Under the pieces are notes generated by a model that was not told the origin of the DNA, searched no databases, and was given only the letters and a program-made list of their open reading frames with translations. From Adineta vaga (Eukaryota; Animalia; Rotifera), in NCBI GenBank assembly GCA_021613535.1, contig CP075493.1, positions 5,828,001 to 5,892,000 on the forward strand: a stretch of DNA of 64,000 nt, in the 5' to 3' direction. The translations under genes and the position numbers were made by a program. Below are positions 1-14,168 of this stretch, piece by piece. The number at the start of each line of letters is the position of its first letter. Position 1 is the first letter of the stretch.

Positions 1-212
1 ACGTCATCCTCTGATAGTGATTCCGATCTAGTAGGATGTGATTTTTTCTAGAATACACTTGCTAAATAATCACTTTCTCTTAGAGTACAAATTATCTACA
101 AATGATTGCATTAAATGAAGCTTATGAACGAGCTGAAAAAGTTGAAAACTGTTCACATCGATTATCAAGATATATCACTCGACAATTGAAACTTGCTTTG
201 ACACTCATCTAA
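1..212 (+). CDS. 3' end of an unknown gene (partial)
   Basis: GT..AG intron 31-83, then an open last exon 84-212 (STNYLQMIALNEAYERAEKVENCSHRLSRYITRQLKLALTLI*); AATAAA overlaps the stop. Confidence 0.6.
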
Positions 213-658
213 TAAATAGATAATTATACGATGTTTTTTTTTTAATGACTTATAAAATAGATTTTGTATTTTAAATTATTTGCACGTAATTTTAGATTGA
301 ACTTTAAAAAACGTCTAGCGTACAGTTTTTATTTAGAATAAGACAAAAATTTCCATTGATTTCGAATGAAAACAAATCAAAATACATTCACTAGCGCCAT
401 CAAATCATTATGTTTATTCACATTTATAGTTCCACTAACGAACGAACGAACGATTATTTCTTTGTCTAATTAAAAACAAACATAATATGATGTCATTTAT
501 TATTCGTCGTCTATTCTGTGCATGTGCAGTCTAAAGTCTATATATACATCTATGCACTAATCGCTAGTATCTATTGTGTCCTTTGCCTAGTGTAAATAGT
601 CGGTTTAACTTAGTTTTATTTACAGATATCTTTACATTTTTTTAAAATACAAATAAAA

Positions 659-1923
659 ATGAGTAAACGATCACTTGATCCTGAAAATAAAGAAAATGAA
701 CCTGAACATAATTCAGCTACTATAAATGAACTTATTCCATATAAAAAAGCAAAATTTACTGATCGAACGAATGACGAAGAAGTAGAAGATGATGAAGAAG
801 AAGACGACGATCAAGAAGAAGAGAATACCGAAGATGAGGATCAAGAAGAAGATACCGAGGATGATGATGATGATCAAGAAGAAAATGAAGAAGAAGAAGA
901 AGATGGTCCATTATCAATCTCGGCAGTTCTTGAACTCAATGAAGGTACAATTCATCCAACCAATAAACAATATTTCATCTATGAAGGTACTGATCTCGGT
1001 ATGGTTTCTAAGACAGCTCGTTTCTGGAGTCGAAAATATTTAAAAGTGTTTCAACATGTCGATCCTGATGTATATAATGTACGTTAAAAAATTGTCTTTA
1101 GAAAAAAAAACTTCATTGATTTTGAATATTTTCTTTAGATGTACATTCATAATGATTTTCTTTGTTATGGTGAATTAGAAATTCTTGAAAATTGTCTTCT
1201 TGATATAGCAAAAGGAACATTTCTTAAACATAAAGGTCAAATGAATAGCACCAATTGTATTACTGCTTTTCGTCGCTTAGAAGCTTTAACTATTATTCTT
1301 GAACGTGCCGATAGTTTTCCAGGTATGGATGATGGAGAACGTTTTATTGCTATTATGCGTGTTATTGGTGCCTGTTATGTATCAATTCTTGCTAGTTTAT
1401 TACCACCATCATTATTTCATGGTAACTCATTGGATAGTGATGATGAAATGAAAAAAATAAATAAACTTGCACAACAATTACCTAATTTTAAAGAAGTTTT
1501 AAAACGAGCTTTAATTCGTGGTCGAATGTTTTTACAAATCGGATATATTCCAACTGCTTATACCAATTTTTTATATGTAAGTTTTCCATTGAATTCTATA
1601 TCAAATAGTTCTGAAATCTATTCTAGACGATCTATTGTAATTGGTCGTTAGCTATTGATAAAATTCGTATTGATTTAAATGCAAAGCCTGATGACAAAGA
1701 CAAAGACATTTGGGAAGCATTAAAACATGCAGCTCAAATAAAGAGAACATCTTATAAAGAATCATTTAATTTCTTGAAAGAATTAGAACTTTATTCAAAA
1801 ATGCATCCAGATTTAGGTGGTCATTCACATGATCTTCGTAAATGGTCGAAAACTAAACGACAAAGTTATTCTTTCGATAATATGGACGATGAACCTGTGG
1901 ATAACTTTTGGTTTCGATTATGA
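659..1923 (+). CDS. Uncharacterised protein with acidic N-terminal tract (3 exons)
   Basis: Exons 659-1078, 1139-1576 and 1627-1923 join in frame via GT-AG introns. D/E tract; motifs DPDVYNMYIHNDF.CYGELE and LGGHSHDLRKWSKTKRQSYSFD. Confidence 0.85.
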
Positions 1924-3141
1924 ATAATCTTTTTTGTGTATAAATGTAAAAGGCTTGTTTTATTTTGATTTTTTTTGAATCGAGATGAAGTTTGTTATTC
2001 TATGGTCTAAAAGTATTATTTCGAATAGTATTTCAAGTGTTTTTCTTTTTCTCCTCTTTTTCACATTTTTGTATAAAACACTTGATCGTATGTCAATATA
2101 TTATATGTGTATAGAAGATTCGAACGAATTCTGCGTTTTTTTTTTTGGTGAAGGTAGGTTTGGTAAGAAATATGAAAATGAGTTATGAGGGGACGACAGC
2201 TTGTTTTTTTCTTCTTTTTTTAGTTTGCATATGAGGAGAGATTAGAGTGTTTGAATGCGTAAACGAGCACACAGCTAGAAGTAATGTGAAGTATGTAAAG
2301 ATATACCAATCAACAAGGCCGCAGTCTTCAGTTGTATGTTCGTATACGAACGGAGCGAAAAAAGAAATGCGAAGGATGTGATAAAACGTTTTGTTTTATT
2401 TAAAGATTTTTACATCAACATTTTATTAGAGTTTTTCTTTGAAATCAAAATAACATAGGATGATTGTATTTTTTTTCCATTGATTCATAGTGATATTGAA
2501 TGATTAATTTAAAGAGCATTACTTAATCCTCCCTCGTCTATAAAATTGAAACGAAAACTACTTCAATCAAAAGAAATTATTCATATTTGTCCTATACATA
2601 TAAATTTGTGTTTATTTCTCAGCTTTATTTTTTTCTGCATATATTATAAAATAATCTGAAAGTGAATCATTGTTCTGTACAGAAGAACAAGACGAAGGAT
2701 TTATTGAATTTATCTCGAATTTCAAATTAACAATTGTTTATTATTGACTCATATTGTATTCTTTTCTCGTTAATGAGTATTGCATTTATCTTCCCCCTAA
2801 TAATCACATTGTTACCTCAGCTTGTAATACAATATTAAATTGCATAAAAAACGAACAATAACAACTCATGTATGTGTATATATATATATATACACATATA
2901 AACACAATAGAACGCGGCTGTTGCAGATGAAATTCTTTCTCTTTCAGCTGTTACTACTACTTCTGCTTACAATAAAATTGTTTATTACATAAGACCAACT
3001 AACTATTCGTTTGTTACATTCTATTCACACGTTTGGCTGCTCTCTTCTTGAATTTCAGATAACACATCTTTGTCGTCGACTTTGTTGTCTCTCCTACTCA
3101 ATTTCTCCTTTACATTTAAACTGTTTGTCTGTATGTACGTT

Positions 3142-3423
3142 TGTGTGTGTGTGTGTGTGTGTGAGGGTCCGTATATGCATATGTGGTGAGTCGAAATAGA
3201 AAAGAACGAACGAAAGAGAGAGAGGGAGAGAGAGAGAAAAAGAAAAGTAAAGGACATTAAAGTAGATGCCATATAACTATTTCTTCTTGCCTTTGTAGTC
3301 GTCGTCGTCGTATTTTTGTGAAAGAAGAATTTCAGCTCTTCTTTTTCTTTTTCACTTTTTCTCTGTGGTCACGAGCATCAACAAAAATAATAATAACAGC
3401 AACAACAACAACAACAACAACAA
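3142..3423. repeat. Microsatellite cluster (TG)n, (AG)n, (CAA)n
   Basis: Directly visible: (TG)n ~3142-3163, AG-rich ~3214-3237, (CAA)n ~3400-3423. Similar tracts occur at ~5085-5105 and ~5845-5870. Confidence 0.9.
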
Positions 3424-6400
3424 GACAACCGCAATATTTCTTTCTTCATATAATCGCTCTTTTACATTCATAACATCACATTTACGAGAAGAAGAAACAA
3501 AGTTCGTACGTGTTTAGTCGAATCAACTGACATCTTCGTGCAAAGACGGTATGTATTACATTTTTGAAGTTCACAGTAAAGAATATAGCATAAATATGAA
3601 AAAGAGACGACGACGATGATGACGACAAAGAAGAAGAAAAGTGCAGACAGCAATACAAGTGAACAATATATGAATACCTTAATATTCATTAAATGATGAT
3701 TGATTGATGTTCTGACTTTTCATTAAAAGCAAAAGAATTCTTCGCAATCTATCGTGAACCTGTTCGTAGATGTTGTTATCAATTGATCATTACATAACGA
3801 GTTCGGTTCCTTCTTTCTCCTTCGTTGTAGTCAATTTGTTGATGTCTTTTCTTCTTAACATCTATGCACATATTTCTATGAATAATTTGAATCGGCCCAT
3901 TTAACTCTAGGAATCGAAGCAAATCTAAAAAGGAATGTTTTTTATGTCTTTGTATATATATATATATATAGATGAGAACTAACAAAGAGTACATAAACTC
4001 ATTTATGGTCGACAAGCTCCATAAAACGATATTAGTTATTCCGACAAACATTCACAAACACAGATGGATGTCTTTTACCTCTTGATTCACTAAAGCAATC
4101 AAAGTAATCGAACATGTATAAATTTAGACAGCTACTCTTTTCATGGCCAATAGGTTATCTAGATGACTTATAACTCAATCGTTTTTGCCTATTCTTGATC
4201 AAGATATGTCATATTAATGAGTAACATGCGTTTTTTTTGTATTTGTTTATTATTTTTTGATAAACTTTTTGATACTAAAGCAATTTACTATCATGTCTTT
4301 AACTTGTTATTTTTACACAACTACTTTATTTTTGTCAATATTATAAAGACATTTTAGTGTCCTTTTTTCGTTTATTTTCTTTTCTTTTTTTTTTCATCGA
4401 TACATATGTATTTTCGATCGAATTGAAAACGAGAAAGAGAGAGACAGAGAGAGAGAGGTAAGGAGAAAGAGAAAAAAGAAATGGAGGCGTTCGCACTATG
4501 AAACTCAATATGAGACCGCAACAACAACATAGACGAATGTTGATCGACCACACAAAAAGCCGTAAATCATGAGAACACAAACTCATTCTCAATACTAAAT
4601 AGAAGCGCGCGCGAGAATATATTTAACTATGAGAAGAGAATAGAATAGAATAGAATAGTAAGCTGACGATGAAATTATGATGGTGATTTTTACCGCAAAA
4701 ATTTTTCGTTCTCTTTTTCTGTCATTGTTTCGTTGTAAGTGACTAAAATTTTAACACGCATAAGTCGAACTTCAGTATACTAAGTGCGTTTATACTCAAC
4801 GGAGAGGAAGAATTTCTTTATGTATATATACGATTGATCAAGTAGAAAATAGATACACTTATAATGCAACTGTATATATATATATGCATGTGTTACCTGG
4901 ACTAGAACAACAACCATCTCGATTAAATACATAAGCGAAGTAGTGTAACACAAAGATAAACATAGTGCTGATTGGTCACGTAGTCGTTACATTCACCTGT
5001 AGGTATACTCCTAGTTTCAAGTGGCAAGAGAACGTGAGAGAAAGGGCTCTTTAGCTGGTTGAGCTGCTTATGCGCATAATAAGAAAGAGAGAGAGAGAGA
5101 GAGAGGGACAGAGTGTAGAAAAAAGAAATAAATGCAACTAGCAACAATCGATATCCATAGGGTTACCCTATAAGTTCGTTTGTTAGAGAGACAGACAAAC
5201 GCATGTGTCAATAAATGTTAAAATGAATGGAGGCGGTGAAGAATTCTTTCGAATAATATGTATTTATAATCTTGATGTTGTCAATAGATACTGATGGATG
5301 TCTCCTTGAGTAAAAAATAATTATCTCTCTATCCTATCTGTCTGTCACATATCTCATATTTCTTTGAAACAACAAGATTAACTCTTCGAACAATTCAACT
5401 GATTATACAAAAAAATTTTTTGTTTTCCTTTTCTCGTCTTTCTTTACTTTTCTCTCATGCTCTCTCACACATGTATTTTGTCGTTTAGTTTTATTGCGCT
5501 ATAAGAATAATCTCATTCGTATTTGAAGAAGAAACTAGAATACTAAATGCAGAAGAGAGAGAAGAGAAGAGAAAAGAAAAGAAAGGAAGAAACAGAATAG
5601 ACCATCATTCGCTCTCATCTTGTATGTTCTTTCTTCTTTAGAACTTTTTTCTCTTCATATTCACTGACAGAACAAACAGAATAGGTTCTCTTTTTCTCTT
5701 GTCGTCGCCATCTGAGCTAATAATTGACGAACGAGGAATAGGAGGAGTAAAACAGTGGTATATATGTGCATATGTAAATAGCAAAAACCGCACTGTTTCA
5801 TTCAGGAGTTTAATATTGTGCACATAGCTACTACCACCATTGTAACAACAACAACAACAACAACAACACAACATACATATGTATATACACAGAAGTAGTT
5901 TAAATACGTGCGCGTTATTTATTATTTTCTCGTTCTCATCGTCGTGTACACACATCGACGAATGAATGAGTAAATTCTAATTGCTAGCCATCACCACAGA
6001 CACCCACACCCGCATACCTTCTACCTTTTCTTTCTTTCTTTCTCTACCGTTATTCATCTTCGTCCTCTTCCATCATCTCCCCATCGTACTCTATACATAT
6101 ATGTGTTCTTTCTATTCTTTGTGTCGATCGTCATATCAACGGGAGAGAAAGAGAAAAAAAGAGAGGAATGTTGAGGAGGAGAATACAATTAGATTGTTGG
6201 CTGACTGACTGCCTAGCTGGCTGGCTATATGGATGGCGACCCGAAGAAGAGAAGGAAGAAAAGAAGCGTCGACTGATTATTCATGCTTCTCTCTCTTTCT
6301 CTCCTTTTTTTTTGAAACAACGCTTATATACGAACGAGCCAGGCAGGCGAGAGCATGAGAAGGCCCCGTTTGTTGATCTCTCGCATCGAACACATACATA

Positions 6401-6615
6401 TACACATTATCGAGAAGCAACTACTAGACAGAAACAGTATGTCCCACTAAATTCATTCAACTGTATCAGTAAAAGTCATCTGAATTAAAATACAAAAAAA
6501 AGACTTTTCATTTGACCTGTTTTCAATATCTAGATTATAAAATTCAATTGTTTTTATCGTTTCTTTTTCTTTTATAGCCTAATTTCTTCTTCTTATCATT
6601 AATCTATAACGTATC

Positions 6616-9600
6616 ATGGCTGATCGTGGTGATCAAACTGTTATTCGTCGAACAATAATCGAACGTGGCTTTCGAGCCGCTAATGATAGTCAACCTGGTG
6701 GTCGCGCTGCTGTTGAAGCAATGCGTAATTTTCATAATCAACATGAAGAAGAAAAACGTGAAATGCAAGAACTTAATACAAAATTTGGTGCTTATCTTGA
6801 TCGGGTTAAATTCCTTGAAACACAAAATCGTAAATTACAAGCCCAACTTGATGATCTCAAACAGAAATGGGGTAAGAATTCTTGAATGAATAAAAAAATG
6901 TATCAATTAAATGAAATCCTTTCTTTTTCCATTCAAGGTTTTGATTCGGGTAAAGTAAAAGAACAATATGATCAAGCATTGGTTAACCTACGAAAACAAA
7001 TTGATGATGTTACACGTGAAAAAGCTCTAGCTGAATTACGTGCTAAACGTGCTGAATATGATGCATCTTTAATCAAACATCAAACTGATTTTGCTAACGA
7101 ATTAGTGAATCTTGATCGTAATCGTTTTGCTATGCTTAAACAACAACTTGAAGGTAGTGGTTCAGAATTAGATGCTTTACGTGGTCGATTTGAAGATAAA
7201 AAACAAGAAATTGAACGAAGTAAAAATGAAGTCAAACGTCTCTTGGAACAATTAGAAAACTTGAAAAATGAGTTTGATAATGAATCAATGGCTCGTGTGA
7301 TGATTCAAAATGAATTACAAACTTTAGAAGAACAATTAGCTTTTATGAAAGCAATTCACGAAGAAGAACGTAATGAATTGGCTTCACTTGGCACATTACC
7401 GATTGATGTTAGTCAATTTTATCGAACAGAATTAACACGTGCTATTGCCGATATTAAGAATGATTTCGAAGCACTTTCACAAGCACAACGACGAGAATTA
7501 GAAGGTAAATTGTGATATCAAATAAAATGTTACATTTTTCTTTTTCTCTCTTCTTTTTCGTTTAGAATATTACAAGATTAAAACTGAGGAAATTCGTGAA
7601 CAAGCCGCTGAACAAAAACGTAAAATCGAAGAAGCACGTCGTTCTGGTGCTGTGGAAGTTATGGATTTATCTTCATTGAAATCTATGTTATCAGAAAATC
7701 GTGATAATTTTAATTCATTACAAAAGGAACATTCAGATTTATCCAATCATCTTCGACAATTAGAAGAAGATTTTGAACGAATTTCAGGCGAACATGGCCG
7801 AGCACAAAATGAACGTGATCGAGAATTAGCCGATTTACGTGCTCAAGCTGAACAACGTGAACAAGCTATTGCTGCTGTTTTGGAAAATAATGTTTCACTT
7901 CGATTCGAAATTAATACATACAGACGTTTACTTGAAGTTGAAGAAGGTCATCTTCAACGAGTTGAAGGTGGTGAAGGTTTTAGTTCAGGCGGACGAGGCT
8001 CATCGTCCTATCACTATCAAACAGGATCATCAGTTAGTGGTGGTGCTACAACTGGTCGTTTTGATAATCAAACAGCGGACGTTTCAACGAAAAAGATGAC
8101 CGTACAAAAATCGGCTCGAGGTTAGTTGATTTATACTCATGAAGATAAATTTCTTTTCTCGAATCTTATCATCATAATATATCTTTTAGAATATTATTTT
8201 TGAAAGAAACAGACATTCATATATTGACCATTTTATTTGAAACCCTATATATTGATAAATATTTCCCTATTATTGAATCCTTTATGATATTTCTTCTCTT
8301 TACGAATGTTGCTGTTGCTGCTGGAAGTCAATTCATATAATAATAACAATATGAAGCAGCATGTCCTTCCTGCACGAGATACTTGAGAACGAGACTCGTG
8401 TTATTTCGTTTGATCCCTGGTTATTTCTTTATCTCTGTCATCCCGCTCATTCGCTGATAATGATCATGATGAGACGTTTTGTTTGTTCCCGCTCATCTCC
8501 TTCTCCTACCGGCCAATTGCCCCTGTTTTTTCTTCTTTCTCTCTTCATTTTTTGTTCTGGCCAACGATAGTAAACATTTCTATCATTACGCATGATTAGT
8601 CGCAGATGGACGGTTATAATTACAATAAATGTCTACCAACTATTACATCTTGTTCTCATCTAATAATTAAAAATCACATTTTTTCAAATCACTGAACAAA
8701 CCATGAATGAATTCGACTAACTTTCATCTCGGATAATTTTCCGAAATTTGATTCAATCAAAAGCAGATTGGTTTCTTTTTTCTTCTTCTCCAATGTTTAC
8801 ATAGGCTACTCTTGACTGCATATTGTTTTATTTTTTCTGTTTAGACTACTAAAAATTAAAATCTTCCAACACAGACCTTCTCCTTTTTTTCGTTCTTAAG
8901 TATAATAAGTGTGAGCTTTGTTTTTTTTATAATCATTTTTTTTTGTTTTTTATTTGCTCGTCAAATTACACATAGCGGGAGCTCATGCTTTGAAAAAAAA
9001 ACATTCATATATATATATATATACATATATATCAATATCAATATATATAAATAAAAACCTTGATTATTTTCCTTTTTGCTTCACTACATTACGATGCATA
9101 ACTAATTATTAATTTATTCGTGTGTATCATTGATTAATTTAATATGTGTATTTTTTTTTTCAACACCGTCCACTGTCGCCGTCATCGTTTATTATTAGCA
9201 CGCATATTTTCACTTTATTTAATGCGTGAGATATTTCGTCTTCTAAATAGGCAAGCGTCTATAGTCTTCTGTCTCATATGACATTGAAGCAAAATATGAA
9301 TGAATATTAATCGAGTCATGTTTGAAAAACAAAACACTATTTCTATTTAGGTCCTATTGCTATTGATCAGGTAGATCCACAAGGCAATTTTATTGTCATC
9401 GAGAATGCTGGTTCAACAGGCAAAGATCAAGATATGAAAGGTTGGACATTACGACGTAAAATTGATTCCAAAGACGATATTACTTATAAATTTCCGGATA
9501 ATTTTGTACTTAAATCACGATCACGTATTCGTATTTTAAGTCGTAATGCAAGTAAAGGTTCAATCAATGAAAAAGAAACATTAGTAGCCGAAGGTGTTCA

Positions 9601-9688
9601 AACATGGGGTACAGGTTCGAATATGATTACACGACTTCTCGATGCTAATGGAGATGAAAAAGCTGTATTCAATCAGAGATTCCAATAA
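6616..9688 (+). CDS. Cytoplasmic intermediate filament protein, invertebrate type with lamin-tail domain
   Basis: Exons 6616-6871, 6938-7504, 7566-8120, 9351-9688. Coil 1A EKREMQELNTKFGAYLDRVKFLETQN; coil 2B end LRFEINTYRRLLEVEE; lamin-tail domain FIVIEN..MKGWTLRR..YKFP..WGTG; no CaaX. Confidence 0.95.
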
Positions 9689-11390
9689 ATAACATGATAA
9701 CAAAACTGAAATCCATTTTCGACGACGATCAAGAAAATACCGGCTCATCCTTTCTTTCTCTCTTTCTCTTTTTTGTCTTCTTTTTTTGTTCCTTTTATTA
9801 AATTAGAAATGAAATTCCTTTACCCTTATCTTGTCTGTTGGTTCTTTCTAGACATAGAAAAGTGTGTGTTTGTGTGTGTATTTGTGTGTTTTTCGTATCT
9901 AGACAATTTGTCTTTGACTGTTATTATTATATTATCAAACTCTTTTTTGTCTTTTTGAAATTCTGTGAAAATCCTCTTGTCTTTTCTCTCTCTCTCTCTC
10001 GTCTTTTGCCATCGAACACAAGATCATAACTTTTCTTTTTCATATATCTTTTTAGGTTAAACCGCTTTTATCTTCTCTTCAGTTTTTTTGTCATTTTCCT
10101 ATTACTACTCTGCTAATAAACCAGACACACACACATATGAATGTATTTGAAGAAAAATAAAGTACCGAACATGGCCATGTAGTTGTTTGTCTCTTTCTCT
10201 CTAAGTTTTTCTTCTTCTCTGTGTAAGGATTAGTTGTCAATTACTTTTGTGCGTGTTCGTTTTGTTTTTGTTTTCTTTGATGGGTTTAATCTACTACTGT
10301 GTTTTTGTCTATTATTTTTGATGTTTTCTTCTTCGTCTCTTGTATTTCATTTGTGCTGTTTGGAAAGATTCGTTATTCAGAAAATTCATGCGAAGAAAAC
10401 AAATACATTTTTGAAGAATACGAAACATGTCTTCGAATTGAATATTAATAAAAACCAAGAAGAGCAAAACCTTGAATATTTTGTTAAATATCATGGGAAT
10501 ATTTTCGAAAAGGTTATAGAAAGAATTTCATCTTTAAAACTCAGTAAGAAAATATCAACTATTTTCTGATTTGTTTGTCAATGTTACTAACAATGACATT
10601 ATCTGATAATTGCTATACGTATGATAAACTATCGACTGTTGACAATATCCTTGTTAAAAGAATAACAAGATACATCCTTGTCATTTCAATTGAATGAAAG
10701 TTATTAAGTGTAAAAAATGTTTTTGTATAAGAAGAATATATTAATCTGCAATTTGATTCAATAGGAAAAGGAAGAAGCACGAACTTTATTTATTTGCAAT
10801 TTGAGAACTGATAATATGACCATGAAATATGATCTTACGCACTTGCTGACAGAGATAAACAGTAACAACTGCTTTCCATACGTTTTGTGTTTAAGTTATA
10901 TCATTTCTAAGCAATAGATACTGTCATTTATATTTCAAATATAAACAAAACAAAAAAGGAAATTTTGCTGACTGATTAGATCAAATGAAAACGACAGATT
11001 CCAGTATTTCCATCAAGATTGTTCTAAGATATCGGTTTAGAATATTTCCCTATTTGTCAAAGAGAACACTGCTGACGTCTTTCTTGTTCGTTTTACAAGA
11101 ACGGAATTAAAATAATCCTTTCGTTCTAAATAATATCGAATTTCAGTTTGCTCACAAGGTAAAGTGCAGAAACTGATCTTTATATTAAATCAACATTATT
11201 TTTGAGTAGATATCAGTTCCAAAAAATCTCTCACATGATCGATAAGATCAATAAAATTTCTCATGTAAAGGTCACATAATTTGCTGTTCATAAACAAAAA
11301 AAATACATCACTAATTTTCTAACAAAGTTACCATTTATTTTGATGAAAATTTAGTTGAACAAATGCGCGTATTTTCATCTTCTATTCAAC

Positions 11391-12611
11391 ATGCTAAGTT
11401 TCTATCTTAGATTTGTGTTTCAATTCATTTTCATTATAAATTTCATCTTTAAGTTCCTTGAAGCAACAGAAGAACATTCGATAGTTATAGGGAATTTATC
11501 ATCTCGTAATCAATGTCATTCTAATTGGCATTATCTTTCGAATCAATCACTTTGTATTATATTTGCAACATCAGAAATAGGTGATGTTCGATGGTATGAT
11601 GGATATAAAGGATGTGAAAGTAATTCTGCACAACTTCTAACATTGACACATTCGAATAAATTGCAAACAATTGAAAAGAAAATCTATGAATTAGAAATAA
11701 ATAATCGAATTAGTTTGGATTATTTTCAACAAGGTGCTTGGATTGGAAAGGCGAGTAAGATAACTAGAATGAACTATGTTGATATTGATGCATGTTCTTA
11801 TATCTATATATAGAATGGTCAAATGAAGATTTATGTGATAGTAGAAGTACAACTATAGAAGATCTTCAATTCAATTGTATGATAGTAACAATGCGTTCAG
11901 ATGATCTATCATTATGTTTGAAAAGAGTTTCCTGCACAGAAGAACATCCATTTATATGTGAAAGTAAATATAAAATGCTCTTTTAAATAGACAAAAACTC
12001 GTTGATTTTGTTAGGTAGAGCATTGACGGAAGATGAATTGGTTGAAACTACAATGCAAGGGCGTCTTTCGTGGAGATGCATCATAAATGTTATATGGTGT
12101 ATCATCGATAGTGAATATAGAAAGAAGAAAGAAAAAGAAGCATTAGAAGCTCAAAAGGCTGAACTTCAAGCTTATATCACGCAATGTAAGTTTCGATATT
12201 ATGGAAAGATTCAGAAAAATACTATCTTCTTTATAGTTAATTTCGATATTCCTTCCGATACTGAATTATCCGGTAAGTTAACTTATTTATAAACTTAAAT
12301 TATAAAAAGGTAATTTATTCTTGAAGCAGAAAGCCCATCAGCTTTAATGGAACAAACAGATAAACCACTTGTAGTTGCAGGTAGTCGAATTTATAAAGTT
12401 AATGTTCATATTTCGAAATTCTTCTTCAGGTTTCGCCGTACCATCATGGATGATCTTAACTATCGGAACATTGGTATTTTTATGTATGATATGTTGCTGC
12501 TGTACAGCACTTATTTGTATAATCAAGAAATTAAGAAATAGACGATCTAGACGTAATCCAGCTAATCGTGATGGTAGTTTTGATTCAGTCTATTCGACTG
12601 TCTCAAGATGA
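11391..12611 (+). CDS. Type I transmembrane C-type-lectin-domain protein A
   Basis: Hydrophobic N-terminus; CHSNW..LC..WYDGYKGC..LL..AWIG..C..C..FICE lectin pattern across spliced exons; TM segment ending CMICCCC; basic tail ending SFDSVYSTVSR. Confidence 0.8.
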
Positions 12612-12722
12612 TGAATAAAATATTGAAAAAGTTTTCATTGTTCTTAATAAATTTCTGAATATATACGAAATTCGAAAAGATTTTAAGCGCGTGTTCAATT
12701 ATTATTATTATTATTATTATCT

Positions 12723-14168
12723 ATGTCATATATAACTGAGTTGTTTACATTTAATCTACTTGTGTTGATTCGAAATCATTATGGTAAGATAAATTAATGT
12801 GATTATAGATAATAGTTATGAATTAGTTAGAGCATTCAATGAAACTTGTGGTGGAAATAATCCACCTTGTATTGAACCATTGAAATGTATTGGTGGATAT
12901 TGTTTATGTTCACAAATTGCAAAAACAACTGATGCAAATAATCCACTTTCGTTCTGGGTATATTCTCTGATAAGTTTACAGATGATTTTAATTATTAAAA
13001 TTTTATTTTTAAAGGCAAATAAAGAATGTCATACATGTCCACTTGACTATACAACCACAGGTAAAAACTACTATTTACTTTTCTTTATCTTATTTCTGAT
13101 AATATATAATATAGGAACTAAGTGAGTGAAATATATCATATTATCAAACAAGATTATCGACGAAGATGATTTAGATGTTACAGTTTAGTATTAACTAAAG
13201 ATAGTCAATTGAATTGGGAACGTGCACGTGAACGTTGTAAAGAACATAATGGTGATCTTCTTGTCTTTCGTTCAGATGAAGAGGTAATATAGAAATAGAA
13301 CTATCATTTTTCAGACAACAAATTTCTTTTTATAGTATAAATTAATGATAGCAATCACTAAAGCTAATCAAAAAAATGTCGAGTACGTTCAACAATTGTA
13401 AAGTAAAGAAATTTTTAGTGTGATATATAGAATGCCTCAACGAGTACCACAGGACGGTACTTATTTTGGTAGTATATGGATTGGAGCTAGATTAGCTGAT
13501 TGGCGTGGTGATGGACGTTTCGATTTAGTTTCTCATGGACTACCACTAACAAAAAAAAATCAACATTGGTGGTAAGTTTAGTATTAGATCCCATCGATTC
13601 GTATTCTGTTGGACATATGTAGTGCAAAGTCTTCACTTCTTGGACATGAACCAAATTTTGTTCAATTAAAAGCAACTGGTGAACGTCAAGCCTGTCTTGG
13701 TTTAGCTTTTTTCCAAGATGGATCTGTTTGTATGCATGATTGGTTTTGTAGTTGGGAATCGTACACTCTTTGTGAAGTTCGTAAGTGAATGCGTCGTTTA
13801 AAATTAACAAATACCTATTGTTATATATATATATCTAAGATCCTCCAGCACCAGAAACAAGTACAGGTATTGAAAAAAAACTGTTTATGTCTTATTTAAC
13901 ATACAACCATGTTTTTTTCTACCATAGGAGCACTGCAAGCATTAGAAGGTATGATTAGATAGTTTTGCTTCGATTGATATTGAAGTCTTCTGCAGAAAAA
14001 CCAAGTAGTGGTATACCATCATACATCATTATTGGTGTTGTTGTACTCGTTTTTTTGGCATGTTGTATTGGTGCATTTTATTATTTACGCAAGAAGCAAA
14101 AGATTCGTGGACGTACTCAATCATTTGATTCAACGGAAAGTGGCATGTCTCGAAATTCCGCTTATTAG
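12723..14168 (+). CDS. Type I transmembrane protein B: Cys-rich (EB-like) module + C-type lectin domain
   Basis: Spliced translation CPLDY..KCY..WERARERC..GDLL..IWIG..HEPN..ACL..MHDWFC..LCE; TM IIIGVVVLVFLACCIGAFYY; tail SFDSTESGMSRNSAY. The start codon is uncertain. Confidence 0.8.

Noticed and set aside
1985-6488. Many 60-106 aa ORFs upstream of the IF gene
   Set aside because: They translate microsatellites and low-complexity tracts (poly-C, LSLSLS, KKRK) and show no domain or splice support.
12061-12111. Possible in-frame 51-nt GC-AG intron in lectin A
   Set aside because: The frame is open either way, so it cannot be decided without transcripts.
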